A DNA stretch of 64,000 nucleotides from Antedon mediterranea. Its lineage: Eukaryota > Animalia > Echinodermata. The stretch lies in assembly GCF_964355755.1 (NCBI RefSeq), contig NC_092670.1:33592388-33656387 (forward strand), given 5' to 3'. A program made the translations under genes and the position numbers. Under the pieces are notes generated by a model. That model ran no database searches and had not been told where the DNA came from. It saw only the letters and a program-made list of their open reading frames with translations. Of the stretch, positions 51,376-64,000 are shown one piece after another. How positions within the stretch are numbered: the first letter of the stretch is position 1; each line of letters opens with the position of its first letter.

Positions 51376-54300
51376 ATGAAGGTTTCTCTTGGAATGCTCT
51401 TCTTATGTGCTGTTGTAATTCAGCTACTTTGTGTGGATGCATTCCGAAGACGTAGACGTCGGCGGCGAAGGTCACCTCCTGTCGTTAACTGCGTCTGGAG
51501 CAATTGGCAAGCATGGAGTGCTTGTTCTGTAACTTGTGGAAATGGCGGTACACAAACTAGAAGACGAAGTGTGTTGACCGCAGCGTCAGGTGGAGGTTCA
51601 TGTAGTGGGAGTGCTACATGTAGCCGAAGTTGCTCAGGTCAAGCTATTGTTAATTGTTCATGGAATACCTGGCAAGGATGGTCGCCATGTTCCGTATCGT
51701 GTGGTAGTGGTGGGGCACAGACAAGAGTACGTACTAAGGCAAGATCCGAATTCTGTGGAGGTTCTGCGTGCACTGGAATTTCTCATCAACAGAGAAGTTG
51801 CTCTGGTTACAGTCCAGTCGATTGTGCTTGGGGTGATTGGCATGAATGGACGGCTTGTTCAGTAACTTGTGGTAGTGGTGGTACACAGACAAGAACACGA
51901 TGTGTGGAGACGTCAGAGTATTGTGGAGGCACCACATGTAGTGAGCCTTCTGAACAACAGAGAAGTTGCTCTGGTTACAGTCCAGTCAATTGTACTTGGG
52001 GTGATTGGCAAGAATGGACAGCTTGTTCTGTAACTTGTGGTAGTGGTGGTACACAGACAAGAACACGATGTGTGGAGACGTCAGAGTTTTGCGGAGGCGC
52101 GGTGTGTAGTGGGCCAAAAAATCAACAGATAAACTGCTCTGGTGAAAGTATTAATTGCGTTTGGGGTGAATGGCAAGAATGGACATCTTGTTCTGTAACT
52201 TGTGGAAATGGTACACAGACTAGAATCCGTATTGCAATGACGCCTGAGTCATGTGGAGGTATGACATGTAATGGCTCATCAGAACAACAAAAAACCTGTG
52301 AAAATCAAAGTAGTTGCGTTTGTTTACAAGGATGTATGCGTGGAACCGCATCATCTGGTTCTTGTGTGGATTGTCCTTTCCCGTATACAGGTAGCTGCTG
52401 TGAACAATTAATTGACGGTAAGTTATATAAACCCTTTACAATCATTCAGTTCTGCATTGTGTTTTTATTAAATAACATATTTTATTTCTATTTTATAACC
52501 ATAATATTTTCATTTATGTAAACGTAGCCTACGCATTATATAATTTGACAAAATAACTAACAAATTATAATAATAAATTTAGTAATCGTAGATCACTGGC
52601 AACATGTTTTTTACATGTACGCATAGTTTAGAAAACTTATAATGTATTGGTTAAACACTTTTTTGAGAATTTTAATATATTGACGCTCGCAAAGTTTCTG
52701 CGTACGCGTACGGATTTTTGTTTTTGTGCTTAAATTTATGTGTAGTGAATTGAATTGATATCTGAAAGGTAGTTATGAAAATATGATTAATAATATGGTG
52801 AATTCACAAAACCGCTAAATGATCACTTAATCATTTAACAAAAATGGGCCATGGTGCAAATCAATATTATGAGTTTAAAAATAAGAAATATTATAACAGG
52901 TATGACATAATCTTACATTAGTTGTTTATTCCTACTTTTTAATAAAATGTTGACCATATGTTGATGAAAATAAATGCATTTAACGCATAGTTCTTTAACA
53001 ATGTTCGAAAGATGAAGATTAACAACAAAAAAGTCAGCTGCTCCACATCTATCTATACTCTATACATTAATTTTAGATAACCCTTGTACTGCACATATTG
53101 ATGTTAATCAACCTTGGCGAAGTATTAACTACTTTGCTGATGCCGAACACCTCATATGTTACACTGAACTGATGGACTACTGGTATCGTTTTACGGGAGC
53201 AGGTGGTGGGGAGATACCAACAGAGTGTGTTAAGACGGGTAGATGTGGCGTTCTCAAGCCGATATGGTTGTTTGGTAGGTTATCGGATGTTTTGCTTACA
53301 CACATTTTGCCGACCGAACATTTGGACTACAACATAACATTTGGACGATATGACATTTTAATGAAAATACAGCCAACAGGACACTTCGCCGACAGACAAG
53401 TGGATGAAAGAAAATTGACCGACATTCACTCGACCGAGATGACATTCAGCCGACTGACAATTCGATGACAAGACAATATATATACATTTAAAAACAAACT
53501 TATAAACATAACATAAAGAATTCCTAAAAGTTAACCTATATATTGCACAATACACTTACACTTTAAAAAGGTACAAAAAAGATATCTAATTCAGGATTTT
53601 GACAAACACAGTTGTTGTAAACAACAAATTAATATACCATTCATAGAGACAATAACACAGAAGCATTTTACAAGATTACAAATGAATATAGAATTTAGAC
53701 ATTTATACAAAAAGGGTTTATACTTCATGAACATTGCTATGGCAACTCGTATCGGCTTTACGCAACTTTTAAGATTTAATATTTAACATTTAACCTTTAC
53801 CTCAGATAATGTCCAATTCTTCAGAACTCGTAAACCGTACATCCTAGAAACACGAACATAATGGCAAATGATCCAGAAGTACTACTTTCTATTCATGTTC
53901 ATTTAACTAAATACTGTAAGAGTTATTTAAAATTAATAGATCTGAACCTACAGTATGACATTTTACCGCGTTAACATTTTGTAAAAGAAATAAGAGGGAA
54001 ATCATTCTATTAACTGCTTGCATCTTAATTTACAATTATACTATGAAAATTATAAACCAGCCGTCCAGTTAATCTAGTTGCTTTTTAGTGCGTCAAAGGG
54101 TTAAATCTCTTGTGCGCGTGCGTACAATCGAGGGACTAGTGCTGTCCCGTCGTACACCACGCCGAGAATGTTAAAGAGTCGCTATCCAATCGGGTTTTAA
54201 TAATACCATGAAAGCACCAGTGGTCTAATGGTTAGGACTTCTACATATCAAGCAGACAGTTCCTGGTCCGAATCTCGGTTGATTCCCTCATAATTTAATG

Positions 54301-56137
54301 ACTCCAAGTAACTTAATTTTGTGTTTGTATGATTCTGCAGGTAATCATCCAAGTCCACAAGAGGGAATTGTGACAAGAAAAGTGTGTACGAGTGAAAGTA
54401 CCGATGGAGACGATAACTGCTGTACAGACACACGCACCATTAATATCAAAAACTGTAATGGGTACTATGTCTACAAGTTGTTCCAGCCTCCTAATTGTAA
54501 TGAGGGATTTTGTGCAGGTACATTTTTTGTATCATTTATTGACGCATAGTCAATTTATATGTTATACAATAAGTATGACACAAGTTCAACCAAACATACT
54601 TGAAAGCTAGACAATACCGTAATCAATTACACCGACACACAAATCGCGATTTTAATCTAATTATTAATTTCCGTCATTTAAATGACAAATGTTGATCCTT
54701 ATAATGTTAAATAATAATATTAAGTCATTACGTTTTAGACATCTTTGAAAAACGAAATTTGTAGAGGTATACAATAAAATTATAATTATTTGTTTACTGA
54801 TATAGGGTTAATCTTTTACAGGTAAAGAGGTTCCTTGTTCCCAAGGAAAACATTCATCAAATGGTTACACGCCTAACTGCATGCGTAAGTTTATAATTAT
54901 TTAGTATACATCAAATCAATTCCTCATTTATTTTAACGAAAATCAGCAAGCATCAACATAGTATTATGTACATTTAAAATAAAACAACAAAAAAGTATCA
55001 TTTGGCCAATGGACGACATAGAGTCCATTATACTGTTGCCCCTGCTAACAGGCACATACAAACAAATTATATACATCTATAAAAACAATTTAACAATAAA
55101 TCACATAAAAGCAATAACAAAAATAAATACAAAGTATTTTTGTTAATAATTAATATGTTTTATTTTTTTGCAAATGAACTATTAAACGCTGCTTTAGAAA
55201 GGGATACATTTTTTATATGATCTACCCAGCTGCTGAGGTTTTGATTAATGTATTATTATCATCATAATGAAGTGAAAAGAACCTTGGGGTAAGAAAAGAG
55301 ATCGTTTTCCTCTCCACATTGTAAGTGAAATTGAAAAAAAAAACAGAACATTTTTTAAGTAAGGAAGAAAACTACATTTGTTATCATTTATTATTTAATT
55401 GTACCAATAAAACTTTTTTCAGACAATCCTCCTGCAAACTCACTTTCGCCAACATTGGAGTTTATACAGACAAGCTTAGGTGACATTGAGTTTATTTGTA
55501 GATTCAATGTACAACACTACAACAATATGTCTTATACTGTGAAATGGTATGCGGAAGGAGATAAACAGAACAGCTTTGTATTTTCAGCGGTTCATGGTAA
55601 TTCGGTAACATTAGGCACTCAACAGCTGAGAAACGTATTTGGTTCTAGCAGTACGACGGTAAGGAACAACAAACTAAATATAAACCAACAACAACCACAA
55701 CACAAACATAAACATTTTAAATGTTTTAAAACAATGTTAAATATATTATAGGCATTATTGACATAATAATCAATCATACATAACTTCAATACATACAAAA
55801 ATGCATATTTAAATCAATATTAAAAATGATTATATTCAAATTAAATTTAAAACAGAGATCTGCTCCATGTTTTTTTAGTTTTTCAACCCAATTCCGGGCA
55901 CTACGAGACTTTATTTAGGTTTTCAAAAGCAATCCGGTACTATTATAACCATATACATATTTTCTGAACTATTACTAGTAAAACGTCCCCATTACCCTCT
56001 TTGTTTTGTTTCAGATTACATGTACTTTAGCAGCCGAGTACATCAACACGGATGGCACTGTCATGAGTGAACCGTCTGTAGTGAGTAAAAGTAACGCCGT
56101 CACAATGAATGTTCCCAGTAATGATAGTAAGAAGTAA
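51376..56137 (+). CDS. Secreted protein: signal peptide, poly-Arg, 5x TSP1, EGF-like, UMOD/GP2/OIT3-type D8C domain, VWDE-like Ig-like domain
   Basis: Exons 51376-52417, 53077-53274 (PWRS...WYRFTG...IPTECV...CG...PIWL), 54341-54517 (HP...EGIVTRKVC...CC...IKNC...YYVYKL...FCAG), 54822-54884 (EVPC...NGYTPNC), 55423-55658, 56015-56137 (stop; alternatively a donor at 56127 to a tiny last exon at 56828). Confidence 0.85.
54105..54298 (+). repeat. tRNA-containing dispersed repeat (plus-strand copy)
   Basis: Reverse-complement homologue of 10190-10380. Confidence 0.65.
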
Positions 56138-56341
56138 TAACACAAACGTTCCAATATAGTTTGGTTTGAATTGTTGTGATTTAAAACGATAATTTTCATA
56201 CTTACCTTATAAGTAGAAATAAGGAAACTTTTCTTGGCTATCCTTGTGATCATGGCCTGTTCCTTTGCGCAAATGTTTTCTATTTAAGTGTTATTTTGAT
56301 TTGATGTATGTATAGTATTTTAATTGACCTTGATTGCTTAA

Positions 56342-56607
56342 AGATGTATTTTCCTCTGAAAAAATATTTTTTTTAATTACTTTTGTTGAATATGCCATTT
56401 TAATGTCACATGATAGTTATCCACTTTGAAAAAAATGTAATAAAAAAAAAATGTATTTTTAAAATGGTCAAATTGGCTGGCAGCCAACCGAGCCAATGGG
56501 TTTTTTAACGGAAGGGATTAGGCTAACTTTATTAAAACAACAAATAACATATTCAAAGTCTGATTTCATTAATCTTCATTTTTCATGTTTTGGGAGACAA
56601 TACATCT
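56342..56607. mobile_element. Kolobok-like MITE
   Basis: TTAA-AGATGTATTTTCC...GGGAGACAATACATCT-TTAA. Confidence 0.7.
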
Positions 56608-57068
56608 TTAAGAAAGAAACTAAAAATACGCTTACTCATCCCTTCGCGTTGGCCAAAGCTAATACCCAGATTATTCCATAATTAACGTTTATAATAATTT
56701 TGCTTGTGATCTCTATGCCCCTGGAAGAAGAGCATTGATTTGTTGTTTTTTTTTTATATACACGTATAGGCCCTAGTGTTCTTTGTAAACTGAGCTTTCC
56801 ACAATAATATAAAAACGTATTTTACAGAATGAAGATTTCAATCTTAATCAAAATGTCTTTAAAGTTGGTACCTTAAGCTTTTCATTGAACAGATTATCTG
56901 TTTTTAAAAATGTTGTCATTATTTTGAATATTACGCAGACAGGCACCTTTTTAAAATGAATTCCGTACACATTTTTAATGGATAAAACAATGTGAAATTA
57001 AGAAAGTAATAGACATATGTTTTCAATGAAAAAATGCACTTACTTGAATAATGCTATTTACGTGTCAC

Positions 57069-57113
57069 TACACTTTGAGAAAGCCAACTGATAGTTGGCG
57101 AAACGTCAGGTAA
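57069..57113 (+). ncRNA. Minimal hammerhead ribozyme motif, U3:A8 core variant
   Basis: TTGAGAA-A-GCCAAC-TGATA-GTTGGC-GAA-ACGT-C; perfect 6-bp stem II, palindromic stem III. Confidence 0.6.
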
Positions 57114-58124
57114 TAATCGTTATTTACTAATACAATTACGGTTGAGATATAATTAACTATTATATTTTAGTTTAATTACAGTTTTAACTTTATACACAGA
57201 ATAAAGGATTTAATTGCATTATACTAACTTTTGTGTTTGTATTAAAATATATCTTTTAATTACACTTTTTAATATCATTTTTACAACGTTTATTACTCCG
57301 CTCTGACGAATCAGCCCAGGGAGCAAAACAACATTATGTAAATAAGTACCTATTCTATGAAAAAAAACCACATTTCTTAAGATTCCATCTCATCATTTCT
57401 CTGTAATATTGTAACATACATGCTACTTTCATTGTTTATTTTATGAATCAATTAATATTTGTATTCATTGTATTTAATCAAGTCAAAAATCACATATCGT
57501 GGCATAAGCTATTACTCCTCTAATGTAGGCCTAATTCACGCAGTATGTTTAGAATATATTGGACAGATCATCTCTTGATGGTTGCGTTGTGCAACGTCGT
57601 CTGGGATTTAACGAGAAACTTAGACTGTTGTATGCAAATTATCCACCTCATGTCGTATATTGTTTGCCGCTAATGTGAAGAAGCGTGACGATATGCCGTT
57701 AACGCACACAAAAACAAATATATTAAACAAGCTGTGAAATATATGGTAATTAAATGTTTATAGCATATTCTAAGTTCAGTTTGCAATAAAATATAATAAT
57801 AATGAAATATACATAACATCAAAAGAAATCCAAATTTAAACTAAAATATATACAGATATGTGTTTAAAAATGTCCAATTAAAAATGACCTTCCATTAAAT
57901 AAAGTACGCCCTTATTCGTCATACTTTAATCGAACTTGTGAATGTTTTGTTAAGATACGGAACCCATGCTCTTTTTTTATTGGCAAAAATATTTTTCTAA
58001 TTTGTATCCATTGTTTAATCATGGACAATCATGTTTTAAATCATCGAACACATTCCAACAATTCTAGTATAACATTATGGTGGATTTTAGTGACATGAAA
58101 TCACAAACAAACGAACCGTGTGTA

Positions 58125-58585
58125 AAACTGGCCAATAACAATTAGGTATAATATGGAGCCAATTTAAACTCATATCAGAAACAGACTTTCGGTACAAAAA
58201 ACTGCTGTTTGGAAAGTGAATTATTTAATATTGTATGCATAAAACAGTCAATGATGCCTCAGTAATGTGGGTATCTAGCTAAACAATAACCTTACAAATT
58301 TCCAAAGGCAGCCGACAGCAGATGTGTCTTAAGTGCACTCTTGAACACATCAGTAGACTTGCTACTTTAAACAATATACTTAGGTAAAGCTTTGAAACAT
58401 TTTTAGCATGTTTTTAAAATAAGTTGTGTATTCTGTTTAATTGTTTATTTTAGACAGCACTGACTTAAAAAGATCGTCATCAGAATTCAGAATTCATTCT
58501 ATGCTAACAATCATATAACGGAAATACACGCATTCGCTTTTGTTGTTATGTTTCCTTATTTAACAATCCATGAATTTGAAACCAA
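58125..58585 (+). pseudogene. Possible decayed LRR coding remnants
   Basis: Scattered LRR-like peptides: LANNN, FKLISETDF, NNNLTNF, FYANNHITEIHAFAF and NNP*I* (LRRCT-like NPWxC) broken by stops/frameshifts. Confidence 0.3.
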
Positions 58586-59761
58586 CCAATAAGTTTTTAA
58601 TTGATGTTTTATTGAGCAGGTGTTCTGGGTATTTATTCAAATAAATACCATCCTAATTGGTATAATTAATACATTATTCCGCGACACAGTGAGCCGTTTT
58701 GGCCTAAGAAGGAAGACGTTTAAAACGGCTTGCAACATGGACAGAAGTATCCCAGGGTCCTAACGGGACACATATAGCGCACAGTATACATAAAGTCCTG
58801 GCAGCTTACTCAACAACTCGGCTATCAGGGTTCCATTCGATTTCAAACAAAGGCTCTTATCATCAGTTCTCTCAAAGTAATTTTATATACTTATTCCCCA
58901 CAATACTCCTATGTTTTATGAACATATTTATGTACTACTAATACACGCGTGGTCCGAAAATAAACAAAAAACTAAAATGGCTATCGCCACCAAGCACCAA
59001 TGGCCAACTTAGTTGAAACCAACCATGCAGGGCAGTTGCAAGGTGATCGACACACCTTACCGTGAACCCAGAAATTACTTCTACCGCGCGTAGAGTTAAA
59101 AATCTACCGATAAAATCAGAAATTTTTCTATAAACCCTTTATAATATCTTCATAAGATAGAAATGTGAAACATATCGTAATAGCGGAAACTAATATTATC
59201 AAATCTACGTTTCGCGGTACATCTGAGATAGATAAGGTACCGTACGAATCCCAGGCGGAGATTTGTCCCGAAGTTTTTCTATTGTGCTTGCCTGTCAGAA
59301 TAAACCATAATTTTTATATAGATGCATTTACGTTTCTACAATGAAGTCCTACATTGCATTTTACCATGGGACAGTCAATGATTAGGATCGTTAAACGTTA
59401 AGATAACAACAGACTGAACTAAAAACGAGGTTACGCACTTTGTGTTGACGTTTCCTTAATGTCGGTTGGCTGCGTACTAATGGTATTTGTATTAAAAGAG
59501 CAGCCCATATTACTAGAACACAATATGACCCATGCATTGAACCCGGAAATATGTTTGTATTGTTGACACTGAATAGTTTCAAAATATAATATTCTATAAA
59601 GAAACACAAATAAAACCCTAAATAGTTGGCTTTTATAGGTTCAAAAACTTTACTAAAGGACAATGCTGTATTATATAATAATATAGCATTGTCCTTTAGT
59701 AAAGTTTTTAACAGTCTATAACTGTCGTATAGGCAGTCTACATTTCCATTTACCTGCAAAG

Positions 59762-62700
59762 ATGTTGAAGATGATGTCTCATAATTTATTGACTTTGTTC
59801 TTGTTTTGTTTGTTGGTGGATTCTTCTAAATGTGTTGAGGTTGCATGTAGTAATGATACTAATGTGAATGCAGTTTGTGAATGTACAGAAAGAACACAAA
59901 CTGTGAATTCTACAAACCGTGGACTCAATGAATGGCCAGTTGGAATTCCTGTAAATAAACAGGTGCTGTAAGTTTAGATTTTTAAATTAGTATTGAATTT
60001 TTTAAATCTGGTAAAACAAAAAGTAAGTAAATAAAACTTAATTTCATGTAATTCAGCTTATTCACCAATAACATATTTAAAAAGTAGTACAAATATAAAC
60101 TTTGTAATATATAACATATGTAATTTTGTAATAAGGTTTGCACTAGCCTTACTATGTGCGTGTTATGTGAGATGCAATATTGTAGTAAGTGTAGGTTGTA
60201 ATTGCCCGGAGACGATAATTCTAATTCCATATACAATATTTCGCATTTGCATACTTCCGTCAAGAACTTAACCTTGTAGAACACCATTATATTTATTGTT
60301 TTTAATATAAGCCAAAATTGAAAACGTATTGAGATAATCACAGTATCAAACTATTTAGCTAACCAAAAACTCATTATTAGAAAACTTTGGGAAAGAAAGA
60401 GGGTACGTACATCGATGTCAAAACATTCGACAAACATATATTTCTCTAATGTTTGGTGCTTTAACATTAGTTTATAGTTGATTAATGCTAATAATAACGG
60501 ATTTGAAATAAACTAGTAGTTTTAACATAACATAATTACTTGTTTATAGTTACTTAAGAGACAACAACCTGAAGAAAATCGACACCAATGCTTTGTTAGA
60601 GCTACAGGAACTTAATTCAATGTAAGATTTCAAAAATTAATTGTCATTGTTTTGAGTTATTTCATCTCTCTTATTGCTCCATTTAAATATATCTAATTTA
60701 TCAATGATACATATTTTATCAATGTTATCTGTGTTCATAATTAAGATATAATTTACAGAAAGAAGGATCATAATTATTGTTAACAATGCTAAAAACGATA
60801 CTCTCACAACTATGTTACACACTGGAAGAGTGAAATTCCCTGATTGACACCGTGTTTCTGTTGGTCATCATTCAGCATCCATAAGGAAAAGAGTATGTCC
60901 TACCATGGTACCTTGTCTGATTTTACATTCGGACTTTAGAGATAGTTAGCAAAATTGTTCACATAATTACCATTACGCTGAAATAGTTTTTTTTTTCTCT
61001 TTTGTGGCGCAAACACCACTTTTATTCACATTCATATTATCTCATATTACATAAAATCGTATTATTTAACTTGTAAATGTTGTTACAGTTCATAAGTAAC
61101 ATTTTTACATATATGAATTCTGTATTACTCCTTTTTTCATTAATTTTCTTATATTTTGTTATACACTTGACAGGATCATCATTATCATCTATCTCGTTTT
61201 AAAATAGTTCACACATTTTCATTTGTTTGTTTTCATTTTACAACCCGGATTATACAATATATTTATATACATGATAAAAAAAAAACAATAATAGCTCAGT
61301 ACCACCAGTAACCCGTATCACTGTAATTCCTTTTCGGTTAATCGTATCAAATTAGAATTTATATTATCATAATCTTATTTCTTAAAGCTACCCATTTTTC
61401 TATACTTGTTTCTTTATTGTTATATGTTTCACATTCAATGTTATATAACATATTGCTTTTAAATGAATTCCATAAAGATTTACCCACTGGCTTATTCAGT
61501 GCAGATAACATTTTTATTCTATAAATAGTAAATGCTGCAAAAGTGTAAATATAATCTATTAGCTTATCTCCCGTTCCTAGTGTTAATTGTTTAAATGATA
61601 TATTATTGTGATTTAAACTTACAAAGATACTAAGCATTTTCCTCCAATATTTCTGAATAAATCTACAACTAAAAAACAAATGATTTTCATTTTCAATTTC
61701 TCCACATTTGTCACACGTTTGTGTTTCCTTAACTTTCCACTGATACAGCCGTTTGTTGGTAGGCAGTATTCTATGTAACATCTTATAATTGAATTGTGCT
61801 AGTTTCTTATCTTTCATTTTACATACTTTCCGTAACCAAGAAGTTTTCCAATCAATGTTGTTATCATTGAAGTACTCTTCCCATTTTAGTTGTGACATTG
61901 GAATAATGAAATATTCTTTCACAAACCATGAGTATATTAGTTTGGTAGTATTAATCTCATACTTAGTCCCAACTACTTCATCATTATCATCACAATTGAA
62001 AATATCTACCTCCTTAATAATACGTTTCCATTGAATTGGTATTGCCTTAATAATGCACAAATACTCATTTGACCAGTTTGTTTTACATTGTAGTTTCACC
62101 AGTATTTCGTTCGATGTTAAAAAAGTGTTCTTATTAACAATGTCTTTAATACTGATAATGCCACTGTCAATCCAATGCTTGTAGAAAAGCGTTTTTTTTT
62201 TAGTTTAACGTAGTGGTTTCCCCACAGTTGCTCATTCATTATATCGTTATAAGTTTCAGGTTTTTTTTTTGAGATTCTGTTATAATTTATGTAGGCTTTT
62301 ATCATATTTTTGTAAAACAGTGGAATTTTATCAGAATTAACATCAATAATGTTATAACATGACATATTAAGTAAAACATTAACATCACATATTTTTTTAA
62401 TATAATACATTGGAATATTTTTCCATTTAGCACCATCATCATTCATAATTCTTTTTAACCAGCCACACATGAGTGCGTTAACATGAAGAGTAAAATCAGG
62501 CATTTTAATGCCTCCCATCTTAACATCACCAATTAGAGTTTTTCTTTTTATCTTTTCCCTTTTATTGTTCCAAATAAAATTATATATTAGATTTGTAACT
62601 TGTGTATATACATATTTTGGAACATCAGTGATATTTGCAGCATATGTTAATTTAGATAGTGCAAGACTTTTCAGGATTATTATTCTACCAAAAATTGAGA

Positions 62701-63995
62701 GATTTCTAGCATTCCATTGTTTTAAAGTCTTTTCTAGCTCTATTAATTTAACATCCCAGTTTTTTCTGGTACATTCTTCTGTATTATACCCTACATATAT
62801 GCCTAAAATTTTGATCGGGTGTTTTACCCAATTTAATTCTAAAGGTCTATCTATTCTGTTCTTCCATTTACCAATCCAAAAAGCATTGGTTTTTTTTTTA
62901 TTTAGTGTCATTCCAGATACTTCACAAAAACGTTCAATTACACTGACTGCTGACTTAATACTTTTGTCATTACCAACATACAAAACAGTATCATCGGCTA
63001 ATTGGCTTATTCTAGCTTCTATGTTATTTTCATTATTTGGAAGTTTAATACCCTTATAGTCATCTTTGTTTCTTATTCTAGAACGCTGAAATAGTTATTA
63101 TGTTTAAATACTTCCCATTAAAATAGACTATGGCACACATTACACAGACAAGTAAGCGCTGATTTGTAAGAAAATAGAATAAGTTACCGATTAATTTACT
63201 TTACAGAAACCTTTCTAATAATTCACTTACAAGCCTACCAACGTTTCCAAAGATAATCTCTTCAGTGTAAGTACTATAGTATACCATCCAACTACTAATT
63301 GTACATTTATTAAAACCATGATCTTTTTTTAAACATTATTTTGATCACTAGGCACAGTAGTAAAGATTTATTTTATTCCTTACTGAAACAAAAAATGTTA
63401 CAAAAAAAAAAAAATGAATATTTGTCATTGAAACATTTAAAAGATTTATGAAAAAAAATTGTCAATTTAAAACGATAACACATCACTTGAGTAACATAAA
63501 ATGAATATTTTGCTTTTGATTTTAGCTCATCCTGCCTTACTTGATAAATTGTATCCATGAATTATTATCCATGAAACCTTTGAAAATGTGGAATTGCGAT
63601 TTTTAAATAACTGATTATCGGTACTATATCTATGTCCAGTTTTCAAACATCTTTATTTCACAACTATGAATGATCAGAATTTTCAAAATCTGCAAGCAAT
63701 AATAGTATAAACAAATGTATACATCTATAAGCTTAGATTATGCAATATATAAAGGCTACCTAAAGTAAACTAAACTACTTGCGGTTTAGGAGGAGATAGA
63801 GAAACAAATTTTGACTTAGTGCTATTAAAATATAGATAAGTGATGGATGTTAAGTTAATTAAAATAAAACTAGAGATATAAATTAAACTAGAGGTTTGTT
63901 TTTAACATAATTTTTTTTTACAGCAATATAAGCTATAACAACCTGAAGGAAATCGACGACGATGCTTTGTTAGATCTACATTATCTTATATCAAT
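59762..63995 (+). CDS. Extracellular leucine-rich repeat protein, 5' exons (continues beyond window)
   Basis: Exon 59762-59967 (signal peptide + LRRNT ...CECTE...NRGLNEWPVGIP), phase-2 LRR exons 60550-60621 (LYLRDNNLKKIDTNAL), 63207-63266 (NLSNNSLTSLP), 63924-63995 (NISYNNLKEIDDDAL). Confidence 0.8.
60989..63082 (-). mobile_element. 5'-truncated Tx1/L1-clade LINE in LRR gene intron
   Basis: Minus ORFs 62117-62983 and 61359-62099 (SQLADDT RT motif just upstream, SGMTLNKKKT, GGIKMPD, CDKC...ENENHLFFSC zinc finger), poly(A) tail, 14-bp TSD ACGCTGAAATAGTT at 60975-60988 and 63083-63096. Confidence 0.92.
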
Positions 63996-64000
63996 GTAAG

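Noticed and set aside
57301-57330. CTGACGA as another hammerhead core
   Set aside because: No convincing stem II or GAAA/stem III follows.
62508-63059. 183-aa plus-strand ORF
   Set aside because: Antisense shadow of the Tx1 LINE ORF2.

Overview
AT-rich eukaryotic (marine invertebrate-like; taxon is inference) genomic window with spliced + strand genes. It contains: (1) the 3' exons of an SLC18B1-like MFS transporter (1-5784); (2) a tandem cluster of secreted six-repeat FG-GAP/VCBS-like ('WC...GDFNGDGRxDxLCH') predicted beta-propeller genes of two subtypes, A and B, duplicated as an ~18-20 kb block (A1 and B1 intact, A2 a pseudogene, B2 with a stop in a skippable mini-exon and a mutated TATA box); (3) a secreted poly-Arg/5xTSP1/EGF-like/UMOD-D8C/VWDE-like gene; (4) the 5' exons of an LRR protein interrupted by a Tx1/L1-type LINE. 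Between genes lie many LINE fragments (RTE, L2, CR1, Tx1), Nin- and Meta-type SINEs, Helitron/Helentron-like elements, MITEs, GGACAACTACC minisatellites and several Penelope-type minimal hammerhead ribozyme motifs. Exon structures were assembled by eye from GT-AG sites and frame continuity; no database searches were run.
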